DNA of 64,000 nt from Chrysomallon squamiferum (GCA_012295275.1 CM022670.1:13392001-13456000); one strand, 5' to 3'; positions 29,121 through 43,413 are shown, counted from the stretch's first letter. The notes: a model not told the origin generated them from the sequence alone. Made by a program: numbers and translations.

Positions 29121-29924
29121 TTATTAACGTTAATGGCTTTAAGTTGTCAAACGTTGTTTTTCTAATGAGGATGCTGGTCTCAGAGCTGCAACTGACAAAT
29201 TAACTGACTGCTGAGTTACAGCTCATACTTTGATAAAACATCAAATGTATGCTTGTATTTGTGTGTGTGTGTCTTTGTCTGTGTGTTTGTGTGTGTTTTC
29301 TTTTCTTCAAATCACTAAAAAATGCCTGCATAATCTCTTATTTAAAGAAGTAAATGGCTGTAGCAGATAAATGTCACGTATTTATAAAACTTTAAACTCC
29401 AGCATGAACAGTTTGTGTCTGCTTTACAAGGCAAAATGTTTGATGTTTCAGTTATCAAACTGGGTTTCTGAGTAGAAATTACTCAAGCTATATGTTACAG
29501 TGTTTTGATCCAATGCAGTTACATGGAGAGTCTTTGATTTTACATAAATCAGAGATTTTCTATTACAACTGTGAGTTTACTGTCAAGTGACACAACAGTT
29601 CTATCAGAAGTTCATTCCACATGAGCAATGCTGTGTGTTATTAGACTTTTAGCTGAATGTGAGTTTTTAATTTAAATGAAATATGAGGTATTGAAACCAA
29701 TTTCATGTTCATGCAAATATGTTGAAAGTCATTTCAATTAATCAAAACATCTCAACTGTAGTTATTTCTCAATGTTTAGAAAAAAATATAATAATAATAA
29801 TAAAATAAAATAAAATAAAATAACATAATAATAAAACTAATAATTATAATAATTAACTCATTTGTAATCATGCTAATGTTTGTATGTGAGATTAATATTA
29901 ATTTATATATTTAGACTGGATTAC

Positions 29925-30252
29925 AAACATACAGAAAAAAGTATAAGCTATACAATTACAGTAATAGAAACATATCTCCTATGATGGAAATACTTGTTGC
30001 AAAGTTATGAATTATTTCATGATATACACAGGTATACACATAAAATATACAGAAAAAAGTATAAGCTATATAACTATAGTAATACAAACATACCTCCTAT
30101 GATGGAAATATTTATTGCAAAGTTATGAATTATTACATGATATACACAGGTATACACATAAAACATACAGAAAAAAGTATAAGCTACATAATTATAGTAA
30201 TACAAACATACCTCCTATGATGGAAATACTTATTGCAAAGTTATGAATTATT
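29925..30252. repeat. Tandem repeat, 118-bp unit, about 2.8 copies
   Basis: AAACATACAGAAAAAAGTATAAGCTA...CCTATGATGGAAATA...GCAAAGTTATGAATTATT at 29925, 30043 and 30161. Confidence 0.92.
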
Positions 30253-32220
30253 TAAATGAAGGTAAGTACATTAATGGATATGGGTGTGTCATAATAGAAA
30301 GGTATGTATTATACTAACACAGATATACATTAATGTATAGGTATATGTATATTAATGGAAAGGTATGTATGATAATGAAACAGTATGTATCTATACATTA
30401 TGCCAACAAAGACATACTTTACAGTGTTGAATTGTGTATGGAAAGGTATGTATTAATGGGCTGTACACCATTTTGTACCTGAATGACTGATTGCACAATT
30501 GGCTGTTTAACAAGCAGGCTGGTACACTGAAAGGCAGCTAATAAAAGCCACACATGGGCTTACTTCAGATTCATTGTGATAAATGTATGAGGTAAATATT
30601 AATGCATGAAATTAGGAAGAAGAAACTGTCTGCACTAGTGTAACATATATTATATACAACAGTCACGTGACGTTATGGTTCCGTAATAAATAATAAAGGA
30701 TTTTCAAAGTGTACATATACGTTCTTCGTCTTATTATTATTATTGTTGTTGCTTCTCATTCATTGAATATGTTTAAATGACATTTTTTGTACATTCTTGT
30801 TCACTCGTTTTACAGAGGTATTGCCACCCGCCACTTGATCCAAATCAATACCAATCTTCTGATTCATATGTTCACACCCTCTCTTGCAATCTGATACGTT
30901 CATTTATGACATCTATCCACATCCCATCCAGATGAACAAAATCTCTAAAAAAAATCAGCTCTTTAATATAACCCTTACTCTACCATTTGAAAAAAAAAAA
31001 AAAATTTAAAAAAATGTAAGCTTGTTTATGTTTTAATTGTGCATACATGGAAAAATATGTGTTGTTTACAAGCATGTTTGGATGGGGTTTTTTTTGTTTT
31101 GTTAATACGCATGTATGTATACTGTGTGTGAATGCATTGCAGCATAGCAGTGTGTGGTTGTGTTCATGGTTGTGATATGCAGTGATGTGCTTTATTTTAA
31201 GTATATAAGTATAATGGACGCCACACATACTAGTAGTAGCGCTAGTTACTTTGCAAGGTTAATATTTACTAAGTGTGAGAATCAGATAGAAAAATTCTAC
31301 ACCAACACATGCAAAACACACACACACACACATACACATATACAAACACAAACACAACACAAACACAAATACAAAAAAAAAAAAAAATAATAATAATTAA
31401 AAAAAAAAAAATAAAAAAAATAAAAATAAATAAATAAATAAAACAATTAAAAATAATGACAGATATGTACTGTGTTAAGAGTCAAATAAACATCAGATAT
31501 TATTTTACTGTACATATATATCTTATAACTGGTGTCCATCATAGCTTTTACTATTTAGCATATGCAGGAAAATAGTAAATTATAAGGTTATCAATTATTT
31601 TCATTCAGATTTAAAAATCCTTCATTCCTTTGAAATAGAGCTTTAAGAAATACAATCTTACTGCAGTTATAAACTTCACATTTATTGCCATTTAATGATT
31701 TCAATCTATCTTTTAATACCGTTTAATATTTTTAATTTCAATTTTTATTTATTTATTTCGATTCAAAGTTATTTAAGATATATATATATATACACACACA
31801 TATATACATACATTAATCAACTGTTAATTTTTTTTTTTTTTACATGTGTTTATAAAATACTACACCCAAATGAGTCATTTTTACTTTTTTATATCTCTTG
31901 TTTTCATTTTTACTTTATCATATTTCTTTTCACTCTCTCTTCTCTCACTTTCTCTCACTCTTTCCTTCCTATCTCAGGTTTTTCTTATCACTGAGTATGT
32001 TTATTTCCAGACACAATCTGTTAAATGCATATCTGTTTTTCACCTCTAGTCTCTCTTTCTCTTTTTCCTTTCTGTTACTATATTTTACTTCTCTCCATTT
32101 TCTTTTTTCTTTCAATCCACTTATTTTATTTTTCTCTCTTCTCTGATAAAAAAAAACCCCACATGCATGCAGTTTAAAACAGACATACACTAAGCTCAGA
32201 ATAAAGACAAATATACTTAC

Positions 32221-32274
32221 GTTTAAAATATATGACTTGCTTTTGCGTCCAAGACTTCGATACCAGCTTCCCAT
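32221..32274 (-). CDS. Candidate alternative first coding exon of the USP35/38 gene (MGSWYRSLGRKSKSYILN)
   Basis: ATG in an ACCATGG context, 18 codons, phase-0 donor AAC|GTAAGT. In frame with the phase-0 acceptor at 20104 (HDIDN-MDRIL). A CpG-enriched patch lies upstream at about 33.3-33.7 kb. Confidence 0.5.
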
Positions 32275-34199
32275 GGTTTTCTCAATTACAAACAAGTAGA
32301 CGTATATTTTTTTAAATCAACTAGTTGCACACAAGATTAATATTACATTCCCAGTCAACACAAATCACTGTACATATCCAATAAATCTGATTCTTAATCT
32401 GCTTTTCGATGAATGAAGATCAAGCAACCTATTCATGGTTCACTCTCAATACAGGAATTAAAATATAATAGGGGGAAAGTGAGAAAAAAAGAAAGAAAAG
32501 AAGTAAAAGCTGTGAGCAGAAAGTGACAAATCCACAGCAAGGCTTGGCTCTTCACTGTCAATCGTTTAGCAAAGAATGTGGTAATTGAGAATACATGACA
32601 AAAATATGAAAATTCCTCTCTGCTGGTTAAATGTCGAATGGACACTTACTGAGATAATCAGCTCATTCAGCTACTTGTAAATATCTTTCCTCATTTGTAA
32701 TAATTTCTTCTAACGCTGTTCTCAGCACTTTACAGAATGCTGCAGTCAAATTAACTTTCTATTCACAGTTTATCTCAATGGCAAATAATTCCTTTTTACT
32801 CTTCTTTTTTTAAAATCCTTTTTGCTTATTGCTTCAAAACTTTTCTTTCTTTCTGTTTTAATTTTGATCAATTGCAAGAATTTTGAAAAAATAATAAAAA
32901 ATATATATATATATATATTATATATATACTTATTTTTAATTTTTTTTTATATTCAACTATGGTATTTAAAAATCTGCTATTCTTATCTCATTCTTCAATT
33001 CAGCTAATTGGACTCCATCACAAGAAACGTTGAGTAAGAGAATGTCGATAGCAGAATGAAATCTCCAGTGTATTTGTTACACAAGAAAAACAAAGTATCA
33101 CCTTAATCAAGCTTTCTTACAAACACAGATCTTTTCAACAGTAATGGTGACAATTTGATGATCAACAGAAATTAAGAAAATGTCTTTCCTGCCTGTTTGT
33201 TGTGTTTCTTGGTCTAATGCAGTGCAATGTAAACTTGAGCCAAAGACAAACTTCTTCTGGTGTGTACTCGACACAAAATAAACCTTCCCTTGTCTTGTCT
33301 GTGTGTCTGTGTGTACGTGTTTGACAACACTTGTACAGCTCAGAGGTGATACGAAATCAGCTCAACTATTCTGACATAGCAAAACACACACACAAATGTA
33401 AGTGGTGCAATTTACCAAACACAGATTAAACATTCGAATGCAAGAGAATCTGAAGAACAAACTGCAAAATTTTACGTATCCACATAAAACCTCTTCGTAA
33501 GCTGCTGACACGCCGAAACTTCGAGTTGTTATTTAGTAAATATAATCACAGACGTTGCTTTGTAATTGCAGTAAGATGCTGTCACCAGTGCACACATCAA
33601 ACTATTAATTATCACGTGTCCTCCTTGTTTATGAGAACATATCATGTGTCTTGCGAAGGAAATTCATTTGTATCCAAACATCAGATGAAGACACACGTAC
33701 GTTAAATCCAACACCATCAATAACAGTTAACTGACAGATAGCCTATGTCTGTAGGCTTTGTATTTAACAGTGAATGTCTTACTGACACCCCAGCACACAG
33801 AAATCACTGGCTACTTGTTACCAGTGTCCCAAATTTAATAAAACATGTTTTATCAGATAATCCATGTGTGAACTGAAATCCACTATGACAATAATCCTAA
33901 GCTGATTAAATTAACAATACATCAATTACTTTGAAAGAAGTTTTAAGAAAAAAAAAATAATAATAATTAATAATAAATAATACTAGAAGATTAAAACACA
34001 AGTTGAAGGTGAGTAGACTGTTAAAAATACTGTACTATCAAAAACACTGTCCAGTCTTCACTATCAAACAACTTACAGAATGTTTACCGAGTCCACACGG
34101 GTTAAATCACAGATTAATACCTGTTATTATCTTCTTCTTCGTCTCAACAAACTTTCCACAAACAGAAAATTTATCAGTATATATCTACACATAAAAACA

Positions 34200-34230
<31 letters not shown>

Positions 34231-34527
34231 AAATAATAACAATCACTGATTAAAATCCACTGTCATATGTCAAAGAGGTGAAACATGTCTTAGCCACTTT
34301 GACAACAGAACTGTAGTCGACAAATGTAGCAGTAGTCAGTGTTCTGCTGGCACGAGATAACAGCTACTAGAGTGACACCCTGCATGTACTACACAGCCCA
34401 AACCAGCTAGTGAATGTATTCAACCGGCAAGACATCTCTGAAGTAAGTTACACCAATCAGAGGAGAGGAACAGAGGCAAGGAAATAATACAATGACAAGA
34501 GGTGTGGAAACACATACACTCATACAC

Positions 34528-34726
34528 TTGTGTGTGTCTGTGTGTGTGTGTGGGTGTGTGTGTATGTGTGTGTATGTGTATGTGTGTGTAATATGAGTGT
34601 ATACATATATATGTATGTATATGTTTATGTTTATGTATATGTATATGTATATGTATATTGTATGTGTATTTGAATGTGTATCTGTATATGTATATGTATG
34701 TGTATTGGTGTATGTGTAAGTGTGTG

Positions 34727-34764
<38 letters not shown>

Positions 34765-34800
34765 CGTGTGTGTGTGTGAATGAGTATGTGTGTGTACATA
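34528..34800. repeat. Compound (GT)n/(GTAT)n microsatellite
   Basis: Directly visible. Other simple repeats include (GT)n 14672-14721 and 35646-35697, (CA)n 20231-20278, (GA)n 24903-24948 and (AAT)n 13735-13800. Confidence 0.95.
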
Positions 34801-35643
34801 CACAAATACACACAGATAACACATCTACAATCACTCGCCCATGACAGGCTAGGAGTTGGTATTTTAAAATGTTGCTGAGCTGGCCAGGCAGAGTGTAATT
34901 AGGAATGACCAAGTTCAGTGGACAAAAGCATTACTTAAGTTAATACCAACAATGCTTTGTGGAGACTGAACACAATAACAAGGCATATCCTTACAACCGA
35001 CATGTTTTAGAAGTACTAACGTGGACAGGTCACTGCGATCTACTGTACAGTTATGTTGTTACGATGTTAACAGAACCCCAGAGCTCATGTAGTGATACTG
35101 ATATTATGTAATATTACATCAAACTCCATGTTACTTCTGTTATTTAGCTATTTCCCATTTAAATATACGTTAAAAACTGTGCAGTTTTCTTGTTTACCCT
35201 TTTTCTTTCTCTTTCTACAAACATATATACACATAAACATCTGTGTAGTTGTATGTCTATAATGTAAATTTGTGTGCTTATTTTTCATGTAAACATGTGT
35301 TATGTATATAGCTATATTACTGTACAATGCATTATTTACTATATCTATATGCATTAGTATCAACAGTGAAAAAGAAACTGTCAGATTCTAATGAGGTTTG
35401 ATATTAGATAAACGTGAAAATCGATACTAATTAAATATCTAGAAAATCACAGATTGAAATATTTCCAGTTGCCTAAGCAGTTATCAATTTTTTAGCCCAG
35501 TCTGTAATCATCACTAATCATAATCTATTTCTAACAACCATACTTTTAGTTTCCTAAGTTATATTTTAATTTTAATAAATCTTAGATTCAAAAGTTTATG
35601 TCTTTTGTCTGTGTATATATAATAATGGCACTGTATGTGTACA

Positions 35644-35701
<58 letters not shown>

Positions 35702-35960
35702 GATAGGTATGTGTACGTGTAAATATTAAGAAAGCTATGGAACGACATACATGTGATAACACTAGTATTTCCCAGTGATTAAGTGATATGTAACACTAAT
35801 GTAGATAATAACAAAATATAGGTCACACTGTTCTTAAATACTATATATCTTTAATTAGTGAAAATAATACTGTGGTTTAAACATTATACACTTATACCCT
35901 TTATAAATAATTGATTGAATAATACTTAACATTTAAGATGTGTAACAAGATATACACATC

Positions 35961-36004
<44 letters not shown>

Positions 36005-36419
36005 ACATACACCCATTCATACATGATGCAAGCATTAAAAAAACAAGCAACAAACAAAAAAAGAAACATATATTATTTAAAAATGTGGAAGATCTACTTT
36101 TCTGCAACATTAAAACTAATTTGTCCAATGAGATAACATATTGTATAAATCATGGAATAACTACAAACAAAAAATACTACAATTTTTATAGTAAAAATTA
36201 AAACACCTGGATTGGATACTACCTGTAGAGAGAACACAGACCGACTACCTCAGCTGCTACCTGCTTTCTGTATATTTAGTTACTCTACCAGTGTTCTGCT
36301 GTCACAAATTCTGCACTACTGACTCCTGTACTACTGACTTTTCAAGGCTTAACCATAAACAAAAAACACAACTGTATGCTACAGGTATCAGCGTACATTC
36401 CATGTTTTGATAATAACAA

Positions 36420-36450
<31 letters not shown>

Positions 36451-37784
36451 TGTAACTATAATAATAATAATAATAACAGTACAAGATACATTAAAATGCA
36501 TGAATGAATCACTGAATATTTCAACATCGTATTCAAAATATTTTAAAATCAACAGATGTCATTCAGTTACAAAAAACACAGATACTGATAAGATACTGTG
36601 AATATTAGGTAGCAAAAGACATGGTATTTTATTTTTAATAAAAATAAGAAGAAAAGAGGCTGTGTATGAACAAATATAAACAATTTAACAGTAATGTCAA
36701 TAAACTCAACATTTGCTGGGTTTCATATTTTATAATGAAGATATGCTAAAACTAAACTAGTATCAATGGTCTATGTTATGAATATATCTGTTTAACAATA
36801 ATTTGGCAAAGATGTATATAAAACGCTAAGTGGGGGTGTGTGTGATGGAACATCATTTTGTTTCATTTTTAAATAGATCTGATAAATGTTAACTGCAGCA
36901 GTATTGATAAATATTAATAGTTATTAGATGTTTTTTCTATAAGTTTGATATAAAAGAAAAAATTTAATGCTGTCTCTTCGTAGGTTCTCTTATGAACTGG
37001 CGTCTACCAAGAGACATCAAAATACATGACCTTTTATAAACTAGTCACTGAGCACTGGCTAGAATGGGAAACTGTCTAACTGGATAACCAAGGCAAACTG
37101 ATTTTTCAACATTTCCATGCCTGTTTCTAGTATTCTTCCACTGAAATGTTGGCAGTTCCAGTGTTTGGAAGTAAACAGAAGTGGATATACAAGGAAAGCG
37201 ACCGTTGACCCAAGTCTTAAGTTGTGAATACTGAATAATCAACAAGTTATTTGGAATTTGCAAGAAAAATAAGATAGATAAAAATCAAGTAAAATGATGA
37301 AATAACACAAAGGTGTGAATGCTAAAAAGTCTTCACAGATGCCTATTATCCTCACTATGTAAGGGATTAACTAATTAATTATCTAGATCCTGCTAGATTT
37401 AGTATATAGAGAAAAGGTCATAATGAGGCCCGGAAACTCTAGAAAGATCTCATATGATCCTAGTCATAACAGTCGCAATACAAACAGCCTCATATCCTAG
37501 TATTTTATTCACCTGTAGGTAAGCACTCATCTATAACACACTCCATTCAGCTTTTTGTAGCCTTCATTCCTATTCATTATCCCAAGACACTAGTACTGAG
37601 ACCTGATCCCTGATCAACCTTGTAACAGTTTTACCAGTACCAATTCTAAGTGGTATTTATTTATTTTTTGTACAAAGGACATCTATCTGCAGACATTCAT
37701 TTACAAAGAATGATACTTTATTTATGGTCAGTGATGTGTGCCATTGCTTTTTAAAGTTTTAATAACTTCCTTATGCTTAGTTCT

Positions 37785-38044
37785 CTATGAAAGGAGTCTG
37801 TATTTGAATGTGATCTTACTGCCATAAAGCCAGTATTTGATTTAAAAAAAAAAATAAAGAATTCTATTCAGTCAGTTATAAACAATTTCACTTTATAAAT
37901 GTTTTTTTACTATGAAAGGAACCTGTATTTCAATATGATCTTACTGCTGTAAAGCCAGTATTTGATTTAAAAAAAAAAATAAATAAATAAAGAATTCTAT
38001 TGAGTCAGTTATAAACAGTTTCACTTCATGAATATTTTTTTTAC
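37785..38044. repeat. Tandem duplication, unit about 125 bp, 2 copies
   Basis: CTATGAAAGGA...GATCTTACTGC...AAAGCCAGTATTTGATTT...GTCAGTTATAAACA at 37785 and 37910. Confidence 0.9.
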
Positions 38045-38289
38045 TTATTTAATTTAAAATTGTTTGACAATTTAATGATACTAGCATTTAATCCTGGAAT
38101 CTAGCCCACATGACTGATGGTTTAATATATTTTAATACAAACAAGTTTCAATCCAGGTGTACTCTTATTAATTACCAACAAGAGAGACTTTATGAAAACA
38201 TAAAAATTCTGTACGATGACCTCTGATAAATCAGCTCTACATGGGAAGGATTTAAAATCTACCTGTGGCCAGTGAAGTATATCAAGGCT

Positions 38290-38328
<39 letters not shown>

Positions 38329-40461
38329 TGTCATTTCGTTATGGCTGTGATTATTTTAATTTGAAAGGAAATGCGTCAGAGAAGGTGAAAGGTGATGAAT
38401 CTCATACACAGAGAGAGCTGTTGACTGGTCATGCTCCGCTGACTTGCTTCTTGACGCTGGTTTGCCTGGTGTGTAATGGACAGTGAATGCACTGACCCTC
38501 AACGCACTGACGTATGTCTCAACGCAGTCTGCAGTCACAATCTACAAACAAACTGCTCATTTTGTTCGTACTTACCTGAGGCTGTAATTTACATTATTGT
38601 TAATGTTTGCAAAACTGATTTAAAAAAAAAAAAATTATTATTATTATTATTATGTTTTTCATTAATTCTGGAATTCAAAATTTAAATAATTTAATTGTTT
38701 TTATTTTTCTTCATTTAATTATTATTAACATTTTGTATTTGTAAAGGGTTTTTTGGGGGGGTTTTTTGGTTGGGATGTTGCTTTTTGTTGTTGTTGTTGT
38801 GATTGTTATGATGATGATGATGATGATGATGATTACCAGTCACAAAAAGAAACTACAATTCCATGTATGTATATATATATATATATGCATTTATATATGT
38901 AAGTATAGACATACATATGTATGCACATGTGTGTGTATTTATTTTACAAAATCACCTCTTTTTAAAAAAAATTAAAATTAAATTTGTCATTTTAAGACAG
39001 GATTAAAAGTGTCTGTCAAGAGAAGTTCTGGACCTGGATGCTGAAAGAATGATCAACTCACAACTGAAAGAGTTAATGAAAAACTACCCATTTCAGTAAA
39101 CCATCACAAACAGATTTTCAAATTTTATCCTATAATATACAAGTACTAGGATTTTCAGATTAGAGTATGTAGTCATCTGAGGCCAACGTAAACAGAACTT
39201 CTAACAAAAAACATGCAATTACATTCTATTAAAAATGCTCTGAAGTAATAAAAATTATTCTTTGCCCATGATAAATTCAGAAGGGAAACTTAATTGTTGA
39301 AAACAGGTAATTTTTTTGTTTTAATTGTTTATTAAACAAATAAACATTAAAATAAATCTTCACAACTATTATTATTACTGTTGTTATTATTTATTTATTT
39401 ATTTATTAATAAAAGACAAGAGCTAAATATAAAGTATAAGGTAACATGTTCAATAAACTTGTACATTATTTACAGCAGTTATTTGACCACTCTCGCTATT
39501 CTTATATATATCAGCTACTTTAAGACAAACAAAATAATGTGCATATTTATAAGCAACTACACTGTGCAATAAAGAATATATATACTTCTGCTTATCAATC
39601 ACTGCTATCTGCCAGAGTTCACCATAAAATATACCCTTTAACAAAACATAATGACTGCAGTCATGGTTATTATCATGTAATAATATCAAACATGACTGTA
39701 CCCTACAAAAGGTAATAAATAAATAATGTTGTTGTATTCGTTTGAAAACTGAATTTAATAAGAAAAAAAGAAGTAGAAATAAATAAATAAAAGAATAATA
39801 AATAACTAAATAAATAAATACCTACAGAGACCTAGAAAGTAAGTATATTTTCTACTGAGATGGAATTTGTTATCAGGATATTAAAATAAGATGGACTTGA
39901 CATTGTGAGATTAGCATGGTTTTCTTCTATTAATATGGATGAAGGTAAGAATGGCCATACATGCTTTTTTTAATCTTCTTTTTTTTTTTTTTTTTTTTAC
40001 AGTTAAATATAGTTTTGCATTCTACAGATTATCAGTCATAAATATATACATGCAGTCTGACAGGAAATAACTGAAGGGATGATGGCCACTTAAAATTAAT
40101 TTCTTAGGTTTATAAAGTTTGTAATACCAACTGGAAATATTTTATTTTTATACCACTGGTCATATGCCATGTTTATTCTTGAAACAGATTCCCTTTGCAA
40201 TGTGTGCGCCATGTAGAACATCCACTAACTACAGTTTGGCTTTATGTAGGAGCAGATGGCAAATAACTTTATTAACATTAGATGATTCACACATTCATAT
40301 GTACACAACTATAAACAAACACACACTGTTTAAAGATTTATATGACATATGTTGTCAGCACTATTTCAGTTTAAAAAAATAATAATAATAAAAAAATAAA
40401 ACAAATGAAATATACTAGATATCCCCATATTTTTCTTACATGAAAATCAACTGTTACTTAC

Positions 40462-40528
40462 CAGTAACAATGTTTATGGATATCTTGCAATTTTGTCCTG
40501 ACTCAGTCTTTGTTGCCTTTTTCAGATC
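40462..40528 (-). other. Candidate non-coding 5'UTR exon of the USP35/38 gene
   Basis: 67-nt segment bounded by TTACAG| and |GTAAGT on the minus strand; contains no ATG. Confidence 0.45.
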
Positions 40529-41882
40529 CTGTAATAATATCGTAAGTTATAATAGTGTTTAAAAAATAATTAATAAATAAATAAATAAATAAATAAATAA
40601 ACACAGGGCTTTTTAAAAAAACTAAAATTAAACTGTTTTCATCCTGATCTATAAAACTGTCATTGTACATCTGACATACTTAAAATATAACATAAATTGA
40701 CATTTGTTGCATTCAGAATTTGAATAAAACCACATAAACATGTATTTAATTGCAAAAGAACATGTTTATGGAGCCAAGGGTGTTTCAGCTACAAGATTTC
40801 ACATACAAAATTGCAGCCTGTCTACATTATTAATTTCAGTTTTTTTTTGGGGGGGGTCATGTGACTATAGTCAGTCAGAGCTTGAACTGAAAAAGAAGTT
40901 GTGTGTGACAGTTGTCTTAATTGCACACATAAATAAAGACAATAATTTCAACAGTAAAAGAATATAATTATATAAGTGAATATTTTAAAATACTGGTCAG
41001 ATAAACTAAAGTTATGTCACTAATTAATTCAATGGCTCAACTTTAATTTTATTATAAGATAAAAATTTTAAAAAATAAATAAAAAAATAAAATAAACGAA
41101 TACATGAAATACTCAGTATGGGCAAAAGGTGAGATTAACAAAGAAACAACAAAAAACAAAACAAACATATATACATACACATTTGACTGAAATAAGCCTT
41201 TTTTGAAAAAATATATTAATTTTGTCTGTAGAGGTAATGATATTTTAATATTTTCTTTGTTTTATTTCACTAGCCATTAATTTTTAAAAAGTAAATAAAT
41301 AAATAAATTTATTATAAAATATCGAGCACACACACACACAGTGACACAGACACTCACACATTTTGAGCTGTATTCAGTATAATTAATTGTATATTTCTAT
41401 TTCATAATCTTATATAATAATTCCCCCAACCTCTTCTTTTGAATTCATACTCACATAAATAGAAACAATTTGTAAATGCTGATGTTAACCGTTTACCTAT
41501 TATATCATAATATTATGATATGAAATATGCATACGTAGAAAACGGTGTCCAAAATTATAACAGGTTTAGCCTAGGTTACCCCAATATTTGGTGGTCATAT
41601 TTAAATTAATTTTAATGTTTTTAAACAAAAGATTAATACGATTATAAATTCATGTGTACAAACCGACTGTAAAGTCTATAAGCTAAATAAATGAATGCTC
41701 ACTATTTAAAAGAACCTTGTTTCGTTCAATGATTCACTGGATTGGGATTTTACACATTTCTAAATAGTAAATAACTCGAAGTCATTATGATTTGTGCAAA
41801 TCACGTTCAAGTATCGCGAATTAATAATATTCAAAGATTTTAATATTTACAGACATATTTAGTGATCAGAGTAAAATCTTAC

Positions 41883-42050
41883 CTTATTAAAACCACGTAA
41901 AAAACAAATCTCTGAATATTAAGAATCGTACAGTCTAAATGACAATGTTCAAAACAGTTGCTAAAATCATTTTTTTTAATAAATTAAACAGAGTGATCTC
42001 CCTTAGACCACGTACGAATTTTTCTCGGTTTTAAAAAGAAAAAGAAAAAG
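41883..42050 (-). promoter_or_regulatory. Candidate first exon / promoter of the USP35/38 gene
   Basis: Strong donor AAG|GTAAGA (41882-41877) near the transition from CpG-depleted gene body to CpG-rich DNA at about 41.5 kb. The upstream limit is approximate. Confidence 0.4.
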
Positions 42051-42197
42051 AAAATAAATCATGGTATGAGTATTTTAAGAATGGTAATATATATTTTTAG
42101 TAAGATAAGCAGATATCCTAATTTAAGATTCTTTATTCCATATAAATTATGATAACTACTTGTATATGTAACTTACATTTGCAACTTTTAATCAGTA

Positions 42198-42269
42198 AGC
42201 AGAGTGGCGCAGTGGAAGCGTGCTGGGCCCATAACCCAGAGGTCCGTGGATCGAAACCACGCTCTGCTA
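42198..42269 (+). tRNA. tRNA-iMet (initiator, anticodon CAT)
   Basis: AGCAGAGTGGCGCAGTGGAAGCGTGCTGGGCCCATAACCCAGAGGTCCGTGGATCGAAACCACGCTCTGCTA. Initiator hallmarks are the A1:U72 pair, GGG/CCC anticodon stem and GATCGAAA T-loop. T-runs (Pol III terminator) follow within about 10 nt. Confidence 0.98.
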
Positions 42270-42519
42270 AAGCATTATTTTTCTTTTTCCAAGTAATACT
42301 CTAACATTTTACGTAAAATCTGAAAGCGTAATATATATGATTTTCCATGATGTTCTAACAATTATAACTTAAAATGCAGCATAAAAATTATGGGTGTGTT
42401 TACATGTTTCCATGAGAACTGACTTCATTCTTCTATGATTCCCATTAAAGTGAAAATAAAAAGGTTATTAATGTTATTTATTCCTTTTATTGAATACCAT
42501 CTTTAAAACAGTCGGATCT

Positions 42520-42780
42520 GAAAATGAATACTGGACACTTTTGCTGTGTACGGCATCTGACAGTCCTAGGAAATTCATGGCGTATGTATGTGTGTTTATA
42601 CTCACCCGTAGCTTCGTTATATTTCAAAAGAGACGTTAAATGTGATGAGGCGCCATCCCTCTCACGGCCGTGGACCTTTGAGGTTGTGGACCCTTGCATT
42701 AGACTAACAGCGTATCGAGTCGGGTGGTGTCGTACTGTCAGGATGGCTGCGTAACATTACGTAGATGATGATGATGATGA
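42520..42780 (+). mobile_element. Possible 3' fragment of a non-LTR (RTE-like) retroelement with a (GAT)n tail
   Basis: GC-rich island ending in (GAT)n. The ORF end FKRDVK...AYRVGWCRTV loosely resembles the KRD.K...A.DR..WR..V C-terminus of RTE-clade ORFs. Weak; recalled similarity only. Confidence 0.3.
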
Positions 42781-43159
42781 TCCTGATCATACTGCTTACA
42801 ACTTTATGTTTTACCTCTTTTTATTACATCTAAAATTTAATTAAAATATACTTTCCATTATCAAAATTATTAACTGGTGTATGTGTAATAAAACCAGAAC
42901 TTTCTTTTCTTCTATCCTTAATTTTAATTTTAATTTAGATTTTTTTTAAATTTAATTTAATTTAATTTTATATATAGTTTATTTTGATAATAAATTATTA
43001 ATCCCTGGCATTAATATATTATGAGGAAATCAAAAACATGAAGAATTGTTTTTTTACACAAAGTCGCATACAGATACACACACTAAGACAATGAAAGAAG
43101 ATAAAGAAAATCAGAAAAAGAAAGAGCTGCTGTAGCAGCAGTACAGAAGATAATATCTT

Positions 43160-43171
43160 GATGACGTCATC
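43160..43171. promoter_or_regulatory. Perfect CRE/ATF palindrome GATGACGTCATC upstream of the KCTD CDS
   Basis: TGACGTCA core within a 12-bp palindrome, about 250 bp upstream of the ATG and next to a candidate 5'UTR intron (donor 43180, acceptor 43351). Confidence 0.4.
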
Positions 43172-43413
43172 TACAAAAGGTAACGTCACTGGTGTGCTTT
43201 TTTTTTTTTTTTTCACATATAAAATTTATGGGAAAATGGTATTAACCTTGAAAAGCCAGTTTGTCAGAATAATAAATATTAGGATTTATATATTCTCTGT
43301 AGTATTCTAACAAGAAGAAAGAAAGTACGTTATTAAATATTTCTTCTGCAGAGACGAAAATATTACGAAAAACGGTCTGAAGGTAAAAAAAATATAAAAT
43401 AGAAACCGTATCC

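Noticed and set aside
34407-36601. His/Thr-, Cys/Val-, Tyr- or Ile-rich ORFs (also near 11.3, 14.7, 31-32 and 49 kb)
   Set aside because: Translations of microsatellites and low-complexity tracts.
42640-42790. HDV-like ribozyme or C/D snoRNA call
   Set aside because: P1 lacks the 5' G and J4/2 is non-canonical; no terminal stem or guide evidence for a C/D RNA. Kept only as an unclassified structured island.
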